Source: a virus
Direction: 5' to 3' (one strand)
Virus record (IMG/VR): IMGVR_UViG_3300035698_027961
Location: 1-64,000 of that record
Length of the DNA: 64,000 nucleotides
Under the pieces are notes generated by a model, which was given only the letters and a program-made list of their open reading frames with translations, searched no databases and was not told the origin of the DNA. Numbering within the stretch: the first letter of the stretch is position 1; each line of letters begins with the position of its first letter. This document shows, in pieces, positions 57,901-64,000 of the stretch. The position numbers were made by a program, and so were the translations under genes.

Positions 57901-58729
57901 CGCCTATATCCCCATCACAATCTTCTATCTCATTGCTCTTGATTAGTCTAACCGAAAGGAGTTTGATTACATTTGAATTCCTAAGGGTAACCAAATACCC
58001 ATCGAAAGAGTTTTCTTCTGTTTCAAGTGTTGAACTAATAATCTCATCGACAATCTCTACCTGCTGAAGAGAGATTGGGTAGTATGGTATCTGGCTTATT
58101 CTTGGGCTGATAGAAGAAATAGTGTAGTCTAAAATATCACCACGAGGTATGGATCCGCTTGAAAGCCTAGACACCCTAGTAATATCAAAAGCATTTTCAT
58201 TTGCTAGTCTATCTGTTGATCCGCGAGTTCTTGTCCTTAGTTCGTCAATAACTTCTTCGGAAATATAATTATTACTTAGGGCCTGGCCAATTGATTTTTG
58301 TGCAGTATATAATTCTTCAGCCTGGGCAGATAGTATATCTTTTATTGTTGTATTTTCCAACTCAAACAGGCTAGGGACTGACTCGAACATTCTGTCTCTA
58401 AACGGGTTTATGTTATCAATTCCAACGAAGAATAGCTCCCTGGTCGCGGAGTCAAATGGAATCGTATTTCCGACTAAAGAAGAAAAAGGAACATCTCCGG
58501 TATCAAGCATATTAACTAGGTAATAGTTTCCGGAAACCTGCGGCCGAGTCTTTATTATGGCGACTGCTCCGTCAACCTTAACCCCTATAATTTCAAGATT
58601 AGATACTGATCCATTTAAAGAATCAATTCTAAAATTCAATGAAGTTATTTTCTCTGATAATTGATCACTAAAGGTAATCTTTAGCTCAGAAGTTGACGGT
58701 ATTGAGAATGCGACTGGTCTTAATAGCAT
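48986..58729 (-). CDS. Giant baseplate wedge-like protein with LamG/concanavalin-like domains
   Basis: 3247 aa. Wedge-like block LLTNFG..DRELYR..KGPT..AIKELVK and C-terminal LVNRLKPAHT. LamG-like motifs QGTIDMWIRP, HHIAASW..LFIDG, QGTIELWISP and WHRIMCTY..MFVDG..IDNLRFS. Confidence 0.7.
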   Translation of the reverse strand: MLLRPVAFSIPSTSELKITFSDQLSEKITSLNFRIDSLNGSVSNLEIIGVKVDGAVAIIKTRPQVSGNYYLVNMLDTGDVPFSSLVGNTIPFDSATRELFFVGIDNINPFRDRMFESVPSLFELENTTIKDILSAQAEELYTAQKSIGQALSNNYISEEVIDELRTRTRGSTDRLANENAFDITRVSRLSSGSIPRGDILDYTISSISPRISQIPYYPISLQQVEIVDEIISSTLETEENSFDGYLVTLRNSNVIKLLSVRLIKSNEIEDCDGDIGVEYNIEKFKYSLKSNFYDQDFAFEFQSLDNNQFLLSEFGNLPRPSVEDTLVVSYLYKNSGRFILEDRVSVSRVDMVTRESVPTNTTNFFLKNAPIVNSDNSVPKLNGVKIRYSNDESLIPNEFKFELVFNANSLPSKPGQFSVNYQTGEVFLFGSSEPAKGTDRQSFVASYFHRREFIENLDYTIYNQDIVPAPGRDLLGSEAKIVIEYDEVFAEGVDYLAKNHIEVMPELVENRLSQSFRLSTINSPITDVFRILNQTTGEVYQPLFHTKTEIAFSGDRSPEVKNIDFEEANFSRSEEERLKVIGEFIIPCFETRIISNASINSIIFSPGIPAEIIDQNSQDYFFREQVIGEDVFVEDSNIRFFGTPDSNNIITSAAIFANSEIPSVNSRVTIGTKGMVIKLDNQQVLNKTLDGIGNLSNKSISFVNTSLFQREKYFRPTSFQGFVSTDESRISRALLDNKGTEFYKNLSRLRIVGDYAVDYPNGVVYASVSKLQNTELGNASYSYGDLNTRFKNIITSSGVYKKIKATDRPEDTVLTYNLVSTSSNSITIQDLDESLIFASDDILVSIDGIITPTCEVLENYTIALPSKILSISGIYQIQDLLGSDLNSSSESNRNPESSDLSLSVTAKNGGKNIYDPSSISFQNNIIDLKKRRAKRTSVSGPNLSIEIYDSSATQFVGAISTETGETLFDDRLNLVKVSEVESVFVIQSLGTATISIASGTLDYSLVDTDGSDFVRDSLGNVFEISNSNPILSTIEVITPAINNVTVLEPEVGLIDIVVKPTATITPSGISIIIPGDSNVDAGDTIEIVYLNSFIPQIGTKLAIDYKDGFIFASYSYLADEIVVWYEYGDNEIDWSISGAISEGDNYYVSYRYGALRDALLTNFGTLTNIPFFRNFGVSTDRELYRSAISGVLQTFPKGPTVPAIKELVKSFTKIEPEIDELVFGNWILGRDYLTTGKPKSFGNLTFGEGRHDEGLIFNSETSVEIPSVSSISLDQGTIDMWIRPEWSGISNDAELTFQIDKIGIDKDNLIQNSDPFDFNNNWSLLPSPITVGSTDATGVGIRISNYKSDSTQDGGLDSGIFALYKEKGNLGRNQDMSFRAILKSESFGAQINDLRRIEYYENYKSVLCEDETPDEVFFTVGIHGPSNIVDGPWPFQLFNPVTRYSSGSVLFADTYKVGGFNLNLTEVPNFDLQVDQISGDEIDNFSGPYSLRSCKCEVVSSVDNLSGFNDLSIRIDMVSGFDLSDFKSAVNIIDNSPSIFMISDQNGSLYQVIGFYNNTDLITDSIPDLFTGVLVKKFAENNQALRNLNSEEINSSMPLGYLRMMFKNVEVLTKFDHSKSSQFFGFKKFHLVNWGHDTELYIQKNIKTNQVYFSINKYSGKLFYTDLFYLCNFQIDLDIDSESLSGFIVGNLDGNYISDINLSQFYGTVTNRFSNKDVYIGPESFNPDSSTFSISKNDSSVEVIGQPNNLFDSEGIFVWFDDLCSINSERQAGQWVFKTKSNKSAITPFDVEISQDNYNILYETVPSYHKFSGVITTDGEFSSVVRSREDSDLCSPDSSKRAKFKFCGNGLLEEGGWSKIEDSESELINVIVGGRYTSVESWNKDGDFDTSTQDGIYRAGPSTEGLECLGGQSRLVADIISSDNFDYTISMRVIDVGDNIIGMSSGSFTGIYSGNLTGISPIVISNKVINAKLQLAFDSGGSHLICLIDSEINEILGTVPYNWNDSGFHEYRMVCNTEDNRVSIYVDQLIAFEFMISDFVVPSSNPMVGVTLLDSETVDPSEFYLFNSGNIIDIDLIYGDFYEEFSNSKLESSDVIISTDSKVEFEFNIDGLDGYLDAYDAYDAYDGYSLDMGIDEMLLCSDKIRYLVDSKNNDEQRFSIFKDGKGFLNFRIVDASRSNGKDMSVYNLATNIKNFVAGEVHHIAASWKFNSVDEKDEMHLFIDGQEAPNIFKFGGKVPVKLNDKFRDVSREVLYDFFTNNIDFCKSYTMGVVSAGSSIFQSPQPIFSQDMIGRSVIIKNSTIAGSLIGQEYIIRSVIDSNQVTFGSGDNLSLITFQVSTSDIEFELPPTAGLSNKILTDLRNVKFAIFRKAQDGAKEEMAGVGYQVVDGEYSVVSGFNATNPKFRYNIDTRVIEFIGRDEDCNYFQTVLLSDAEVSIKTFGLNIENCKFTLGLTTSSYVSQKSDIFNEMSVIRTRGKEPISLKDVSIRRIVMENTIIESSEPIISGDRYLIDFNFPLESELGYNKLTSESGQLIKQNLGRKLSVVFDSDNVDFCDFDGYDGYTEASSTITITGETTDGSNFETFLISKNGQIDGSKFFIRVDEVYGSLLTIDNDYSESGMIKIIETDPISTPNNGGESAEVYDYKNGHFILSVSGSDSESPFEIPPGYYTVEYPSYLNITLNSLGDKIQIGSDYKRMNNFGGIIDQFRIISEMSSDTRVAELETSGTRSVTDDFNLSTPYCADSKTLALIPFDSPFDLQSRRLRRLRFLDTQLNESFGLNRREKDTLLPLVNNYEEFFRAMMNFGYSPDDSNRAYVETHMADGGPIFNTANFYQNVNEFPRSDKSVNSKFGLSGNFSTGRGLVYLNNDGKFRSPQGTIELWISPTVDTFVDRERRYYVDISSASRERVISRDSNTIVLPNAASEIISVTLVSSSSEYREFYSEVERGTILFDEISRSKLSGRLEGGTGSLKNFGSHSVLSADGKVIKLAESLPKNNVDVIVTYIPLGSSKDRVSIFKTEDNNIVFSITAGGIDNVISVDVDWKKNTWHRIMCTYRTGTDNDSMRMFVDGQEGGFIKYGTGIVYGTGFVYGQYISRPGQIRTRKFNIPLSNDLKLIAIGSDTMGYNNCRSRIDNLRFSRVIRDVFRASNGDYVDLGYSSNLSSAVPVILDDATTFILDFDASLNVVDNFATVIDPVSGIYNFDVEVYDNFDRVIGVDDGAIEDLIVDLVNRLKPAHTNALVRFKKPKC

Positions 58730-58737
58730 GTTTAACC

Positions 58738-61700
58738 TTATGTAATCCTAAAATCTTTTCTTGAAACGGGAGTTATTAGAATTTCTCCAGCTATAATAGA
58801 CTGATTGTCAAGAGCTTTAATCGAACTTCTTCTTCCGGGCTTTCCCGACTCATTGAATAGTGACAAATTAAATGAATCTACACCAGGAACTGAAGTTGCT
58901 GCATTTATAATATCAGAGTAATCTATTGTACTACCTAGTGTCCCACTATTTAAAAGATTTGCTATTGCGTTTGATACATTCTGAACCATACTGGATGTTT
59001 CAGCTATAGCATCTTGGTTTATAATAACCTCTCCGCCTGCATCAACTTCCAATAGTGGACATTCTTTTACCAGAACATCTGCAGTAATAGATCTGACATT
59101 CTCCAGGTTAGCTGTTACATCCTGAATTAGCCGATTTATATTGTACCTAATTGTTAATCTTTCACCCTCTACTGGTGCTGAGAACTTATAATTCGCAAAG
59201 TACGAATCACCGACACCGGGTTGATTCTGAGAGAGTACGGATATGGTACCCAGGAGCGAACCGCCAGGACTTCTAAATCCGGATGATACCGATATGCTCG
59301 ATACTCTGGCAAAGACCTTATTGGTTATAACCCTTCCGCTTGATTGAAAGAAGAGATCCTCAAAGTCATTGTTGTTGTAAATCAAGACGTTTACAACTAG
59401 TCTTTCACCGGGAGTATAAGATAGACTTGAGTTTGCGGAGGTTGGCGGAATCACAAAACTTGCTCTATTGACCAATGCGTCTTCCGCTACAAAACCGAAT
59501 GCATACCTTGAATTATTAACTTTCTGGCCCAAGAGATCAAATGTTTTAGATGAATCTAGTGATTCTATTGAATCAACCCTTGCTATCCCGATGTTATTTG
59601 GAATTGAGGATAATGATAACTCTCCTGCAATTGCAGAAGCCAAATTAAAAGTTCTTCCATTAATTGAGTTACCTGCGGTTATTTGCAAGCTCATTCTTGT
59701 TAACGTTTCTCCGGAAGCCCTAATCTTTCCAGCTCTGGTTGAACCTGAAATATTTACCGATAATCTAGACGGACCAAACCTCATTATACTGAGCGGGTCG
59801 CCCGCAATATCGTACTCAAAAAATAACGGCTGATTTGAAGAGCTTATCGTAGATAGTGATGAATTTAAAAGTTTATTTGTTCCATCAGATCCACTAATCG
59901 GAAGAGATGATAGTGATATTGAAGATACAATATTATTTATCTCTGCAACGTAATCTATAAATACTTCATCTTGCGTTAGAAATAAATCTCTGACATCTTG
60001 AAGTATACCTATAGACTGAAGAAAGTTTTCGGATGGTAGATTGATAATATTATTTGAAAAAGAGCCATCAGATTGCTGAATATTATAAATTTCAAACTTA
60101 TTATATTTGACTATAATATCGGATAAGTTATCAACCGGTGAGTCGGATGGCAAAGTAATAACCCTGTTTGAAAATGAACCATCAAATCTTAGTGTATTGT
60201 ACAGTTCTAGTCCATCAGAAGTTTTTATTGATATTATATTATCAATAACGGGCTGGGAAGATGGTATTGTAACCCTAAAAACACTTAAACCATTCTCAAC
60301 AACCTGGGATACGGCACCGGACGTAGATACTATAGAATGAGCTGATATTACACGGCTAATATCATTTTCAACCACAATTCTATACTCTAGATCGTCCTCA
60401 GTTCTTTCAACTACCGATGACTCGCTAGCGATAAAGGCTGATGTTCCCCAATCAACTGAGTCACCAACCTCTGAGTCTAGTGCCTGTGAAGCATTGAATT
60501 CACCGTTGTAATCTATATACTTATCGTAGAATAGCCTCCATGTGTAATCTACGCTTAGCACGTCGGAGGGGGATGGAAGAGTTTTTCCAGATATTACTAT
60601 CTCGCCCTTCAAATTTAGGCCAGTCTCTGGGTCTATATTTTGAGACTGAATGGTATATATTTCTCCAGTTGAAAAATTTCTAACCCTACTCACTGTTAGG
60701 GCTGGAGAGTGGCTCAGCTGAATAACTCTTCTATCTGAAGACAAAACCTTTGAGTTCTCGGAGGAAATAAATATATCCTGATAAACATTTAGTATTTCAT
60801 CTATGTTTGAAAAGCGAAGAGCATCTATCGAATTTATTGATTTTTTAATTATGTTCTCAGCGCTAACCTCTTTTTCGCCAGAAATAAATCTAATCTTATC
60901 AAATCCAAACGGACTTCCTCCCGTCTCAGGGTTTAAGTCCTTTAGAAGCTGATAGTTTCCATATAGATTACCGTCTGCATCAGTAAAAGCTTCAGCTAGT
61001 ATTCCGGACGAAGTTCCGGTTATAGATATAACTGAATCTGCAGGCTGCGCAGGTAGAATACCCTGCCTAAATGCTCTCAGCCTTCTTTCTTCGGAGGTTA
61101 AAGTTCTATCTAGGGTTCCCTGCCCTAGAATGTAATCATTTCTATCGTCAGTCGGGTTTCCGGTTCCAGACTTATCTGTATAGATATATGACTCTACAAA
61201 TTCTTCCAGCTGGGTTCCTAATATATAGAGATCAACTTTACCACCAGTTCCCGAATTTAAAATTCTAAAACTGCCATCATTAACCTGAATCGTCTCGGTT
61301 CCATCGCGAAGCATTAGCGTGTTACCGGGTGTAATAACTATAGCATCATTTACACCACTAACTGATAAGCCCGCATTTCTATATCCAAATTCAGTTCCAG
61401 TATTTGAGCCGCTAAATACTGAAAAAACTCTGGACCTAAATACGGCATCGCTTTCTTGGTTAGCTCCGCCATTGAAAGATGTTATGTTTGTAATGTTCAT
61501 CGCGTCTTCAAGGTTGCTATCAATTATTTGATAGCTTGCTATATTTCCGGATGTGCCAGGAATATTAGATGAAACTGGAATTTCTATAGCAAAGTTATCC
61601 GTGATTCCAACAACATTAAGCGCTGAACTAATTCTGTTGGCTGTGGCAGAAAACTTACCTCTTTCTGCTGCCGACATAACAAAATTTCCTATGGTCTTGA

Positions 61701-62049
61701 AATTTAAACCATTTCTGGCGGATACCACTGTACCAGCGGGAATTTGAATATCTTCTATTATCTGATTTGTGCTAAATACGACTATACCATTAGAAGGTGT
61801 TCCTGGGGATTTGACTATTCCAAAATTTCTAGCCCACCGGTCTAAATCTTTTCCTGTCGCGGAATCGGGTGATTGTTTTTCCGCGACCAAAGCAACCGAG
61901 GTATGAAGCCGCTCAAGCTGGTCGGCCTGCATATCAATAAATAAATCCCGTGAAACAGTTCCGGGCTTGGTATCCAGGTTGGGCTGGGTCAACCTAAGCC
62001 TTTCAAGCATAGAATTAACAATTTCGCTAAATGATCTAAATATTGCCAA
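58738..62049 (-). CDS. Baseplate J/gp6-like protein with a large insertion
   Basis: PGTVSRDL, ATGKDLDRWA, IPAGTVV, GTSGNI and GGANQESDAVFRSR. C-terminal YSDII..VPGVD. Confidence 0.85.
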   Translation of the reverse strand: MAIFRSFSEIVNSMLERLRLTQPNLDTKPGTVSRDLFIDMQADQLERLHTSVALVAEKQSPDSATGKDLDRWARNFGIVKSPGTPSNGIVVFSTNQIIEDIQIPAGTVVSARNGLNFKTIGNFVMSAAERGKFSATANRISSALNVVGITDNFAIEIPVSSNIPGTSGNIASYQIIDSNLEDAMNITNITSFNGGANQESDAVFRSRVFSVFSGSNTGTEFGYRNAGLSVSGVNDAIVITPGNTLMLRDGTETIQVNDGSFRILNSGTGGKVDLYILGTQLEEFVESYIYTDKSGTGNPTDDRNDYILGQGTLDRTLTSEERRLRAFRQGILPAQPADSVISITGTSSGILAEAFTDADGNLYGNYQLLKDLNPETGGSPFGFDKIRFISGEKEVSAENIIKKSINSIDALRFSNIDEILNVYQDIFISSENSKVLSSDRRVIQLSHSPALTVSRVRNFSTGEIYTIQSQNIDPETGLNLKGEIVISGKTLPSPSDVLSVDYTWRLFYDKYIDYNGEFNASQALDSEVGDSVDWGTSAFIASESSVVERTEDDLEYRIVVENDISRVISAHSIVSTSGAVSQVVENGLSVFRVTIPSSQPVIDNIISIKTSDGLELYNTLRFDGSFSNRVITLPSDSPVDNLSDIIVKYNKFEIYNIQQSDGSFSNNIINLPSENFLQSIGILQDVRDLFLTQDEVFIDYVAEINNIVSSISLSSLPISGSDGTNKLLNSSLSTISSSNQPLFFEYDIAGDPLSIMRFGPSRLSVNISGSTRAGKIRASGETLTRMSLQITAGNSINGRTFNLASAIAGELSLSSIPNNIGIARVDSIESLDSSKTFDLLGQKVNNSRYAFGFVAEDALVNRASFVIPPTSANSSLSYTPGERLVVNVLIYNNNDFEDLFFQSSGRVITNKVFARVSSISVSSGFRSPGGSLLGTISVLSQNQPGVGDSYFANYKFSAPVEGERLTIRYNINRLIQDVTANLENVRSITADVLVKECPLLEVDAGGEVIINQDAIAETSSMVQNVSNAIANLLNSGTLGSTIDYSDIINAATSVPGVDSFNLSLFNESGKPGRRSSIKALDNQSIIAGEILITPVSRKDFRIT

Positions 62050-62059
62050 AGTAAAAATC

Positions 62060-62491
62060 CTATACTAAACGAACTGTTATTGATTCGGTAATAGTTGTTA
62101 TTGCGCCAGTCTGTATACTTATAAATATACTGTAAAGTCTTGGGTCTGTGATGTCTCGCTCAACTGATAGTCCTAGTATAGATAGTATTCTCTCACCTGG
62201 GGATAAGAATTGACGCCTACCCTGGGAAGACTGAAGGGCAATAAGCTTTCGAAGAGCTTCCCTTGCGGAAGACTCAAGATCTATCTCTAGAAGATTCTGA
62301 TCTGCTACAGAACCTATAGTCAGAGAGCCCACATCGCTTCCATACCTAGGATGATACTTGTTTTCACCTAGGGCGGTGAGCATAATCTTAACTATGTCTT
62401 GTCTTAGCTTTTGGTTATCTACAACGATATCAACCAAGCCATCTTGGCTTAGCTTTATGTCGCCATTTTCTATTTTTAAATCAAAAGACAT
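62060..62491 (-). CDS. gp25/W-like baseplate wedge protein
   Basis: DLKI..GDI, LRQDIVKIMLTALGENKYHPRYGS and DPR. Confidence 0.8.
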   Translation of the reverse strand: MSFDLKIENGDIKLSQDGLVDIVVDNQKLRQDIVKIMLTALGENKYHPRYGSDVGSLTIGSVADQNLLEIDLESSAREALRKLIALQSSQGRRQFLSPGERILSILGLSVERDITDPRLYSIFISIQTGAITTITESITVRLV

Positions 62492-62520
62492 GGCTTTGGC
62501 TCACCTCATACTATTTTACT

Positions 62521-62530
62521 AAAATAATAG
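62521..62530 (-). promoter_or_regulatory. Putative late-promoter motif CTATTATTTT
   Basis: Similar to the motifs at 1655 and 48958. Upstream of the gp25-like gene. Confidence 0.35.
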
Positions 62531-62536
62531 AATGAG

Positions 62537-64000
62537 CTAGGTTAAAGGTTCTTCATTTTTAAGATCGGAGATAAATAAATTATAACCATCTATAATTAAT
62601 TGAGTGAGCTCTTCAATAGCCTCTGCTGCATCTTTCTTTGTAGCATCGGCAGGTAGCAAGCCTGAAAACTCTCCAGACTTTATTTTTTCAAACTGCTCTT
62701 TTGATAGCAGGCCCAAAAGGCTGTTCTCTGATATTGTGAATAGCGCTAGAGAAAATACTGCGACATCAATAGTACCTATACCAATATCAACACCAAGTAC
62801 TGTATTTATAGATTGAGCTAGGCCATCTATCTGAATGCCGGATAGGCTCTCTCTTGAAACCTTAAGCTGTCTTTCTTGTTCAATTAATCTTTTTCTCGGA
62901 ACATCTATTATGTTTACCAGGCCGCCCATCATATGAGAATTTTTTATTCCAGAATTTCTCTGTGTCTGAGACTGAAGATCTAAAGCTTCAGAGTTATCTG
63001 CAAGTAAAAACATAATAGAATCTTCAATTAGCCTCTGTTCATTAATTGAGGATTCTTTAATATCATTAACCTTACCTTTGCTCAGGTTACTAAGGTTGAG
63101 CACCCTTTGCTCCCGATTATCCATCGGGCTACTTAAACTTTCATTTTCTTGCTCATAGCTAATTTTAGTCTTATATATTTGATCATTTTGAACAAACTTC
63201 TTTTTAGTCTTCTCTAACTCATCGATAATATTGTCTATGTCATTATACATCTTATAGGCCAAACCCTTAATGGCGCTTCTTAGTCTAAGAATAAATAATG
63301 ATTCCAGTACCCCATAGCTATCAGTGTTTATTTCAGTGCTAACATCGGAAGTTCCGACCAGCTCTCGAAATACCCCTCTTCTTCCGGCGGAAGAGTCTTC
63401 AAATATAGTATCTGTTCCGCTAACTTTGTCTAGACGAATTCTGATGACCGACTCTAATAGTGTGGGCTTGACTTCGTTATTATTAACCTTTCTAACCCTA
63501 GGGTTAGAAAATGGTGGTGCCACCATTTTGCTTGGCTCATTAATTGCGGAAGCTATTTCTATATCCTGTATTGGCGGAATAAGTAAATATGAAAACTTCC
63601 AGAGATCGTCCTCTATTGCGTCTATCTTGGCACTAAAGCCGCTCGCATCAATCTGGCTAAATATTAGATCGACAAAATCTTTATCTATTATAGTTCCTGT
63701 TACTGGGTTTATGTAGCCAGTCTCTTCTTCGTTTAAAGTTATGATCTCAACTTCAATAGTTAGTGGGCTTCCATCTGTATTTAGAACTATATCGTTTTCT
63801 TCATCATATGGCAGCCCTAATAGGGTCGCCCTCTGAAAGTTTGACAGAACTCTGATATTTCTACCAAGCAATGCAATATTATCTTCCTGTATATTATAAA
63901 TGTTGGTATCTATCACTATCCTTCTAGAGTCTTTCTTAACCTTTCTCTCTCTAAGAATAGTTCTCTCCACTTCAGCAAAGGTGGCCTTATATGGAAGTCC
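62537..64000 (-). CDS. Hypothetical (probably virion) protein, 5'-partial
   Basis: The frame stays open beyond the GTG at 63970 to the window edge (GLPYKATFAEVER...). Confidence 0.65.
   Translation of the reverse strand, partial: GLPYKATFAEVERTILRERKVKKDSRRIVIDTNIYNIQEDNIALLGRNIRVLSNFQRATLLGLPYDEENDIVLNTDGSPLTIEVEIITLNEEETGYINPVTGTIIDKDFVDLIFSQIDASGFSAKIDAIEDDLWKFSYLLIPPIQDIEIASAINEPSKMVAPPFSNPRVRKVNNNEVKPTLLESVIRIRLDKVSGTDTIFEDSSAGRRGVFRELVGTSDVSTEINTDSYGVLESLFILRLRSAIKGLAYKMYNDIDNIIDELEKTKKKFVQNDQIYKTKISYEQENESLSSPMDNREQRVLNLSNLSKGKVNDIKESSINEQRLIEDSIMFLLADNSEALDLQSQTQRNSGIKNSHMMGGLVNIIDVPRKRLIEQERQLKVSRESLSGIQIDGLAQSINTVLGVDIGIGTIDVAVFSLALFTISENSLLGLLSKEQFEKIKSGEFSGLLPADATKKDAAEAIEELTQLIIDGYNLFISDLKNEEPLT

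Noticed and set aside
44399-62491. Extracellular contractile injection system or tailocin locus
   Set aside because: It is contiguous with phage replication and nucleotide-metabolism genes, so a phage tail is the simpler explanation.
257-63716. Many short ORFs in the track overlapping long genes (e.g. 257-463, 12997-13317, 21762-22100, 59468-59833, 63324-63716)
   Set aside because: They are antisense or alternate-frame shadows of well-supported genes and have no motifs.
1-64000. Alternative genetic code (stop-codon reassignment)
   Set aside because: Genes up to 9.7 kb are uninterrupted in code 11, and TAA, TAG and TGA all end recognisable genes at expected positions.
1-64000. Bacterial chromosome or eukaryotic giant-virus origin
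   Set aside because: The baseplate module, dense single-strand packing, Shine-Dalgarno sites and phage-type replication genes fit a large bacteriophage. Capsid and terminase genes are not in the window, so this remains an inference.
1-64000. tRNA, rRNA, CRISPR arrays, IS elements, integrase
   Set aside because: None recognised. Intergenic gaps are short (about 220 nt or less) and show no repeat-spacer or cloverleaf pattern by eye.

Overview
This window looks like a 64-kb segment of a large tailed-phage (jumbo/huge myovirus-like) genome. It uses the standard genetic code, and almost all genes lie on the minus strand. In transcription order (right to left) there are six parts. (1) A contractile-tail baseplate module of oversized proteins: a gp25-like wedge, a 1103-aa baseplate J-like protein, a 3247-aa wedge/LamG protein and a 1511-aa protein with a dockerin-like EF-hand pair. 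(2) A ~20-kb cluster of apparently soluble glycan enzymes: 10 glycosyltransferases, GMD, an SDR epimerase, a short UDP-sugar dehydrogenase, a sulfotransferase, methyltransferases, a GSCFA protein and a deacetylase-like protein. No flippase or polymerase is seen. (3) A tubulin/FtsZ (PhuZ-like) gene. (4) A replication block: SF2 helicase, UNG, an Hfq/LSm-like protein, DnaC and DnaB. (5) A complete PrkA/YeaG-YhbH/YeaH-SpoVR operon followed directly by a stand-alone diadenylate cyclase (DAC). (6) nrdAB, PIN-PhoH, a trypsin-like protease and fibre/structural genes. Two related endonuclease genes sit after nrdB and between dnaC and dnaB. The best candidates for an undescribed system are the phage-borne AAA+/vWA/SpoVR plus c-di-AMP module and the cytoplasmic glycosylation/sulfation cluster beside virion proteins that carry repeated D-G/A-Y motifs. 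All calls come from reading motifs by eye; no searches were run.
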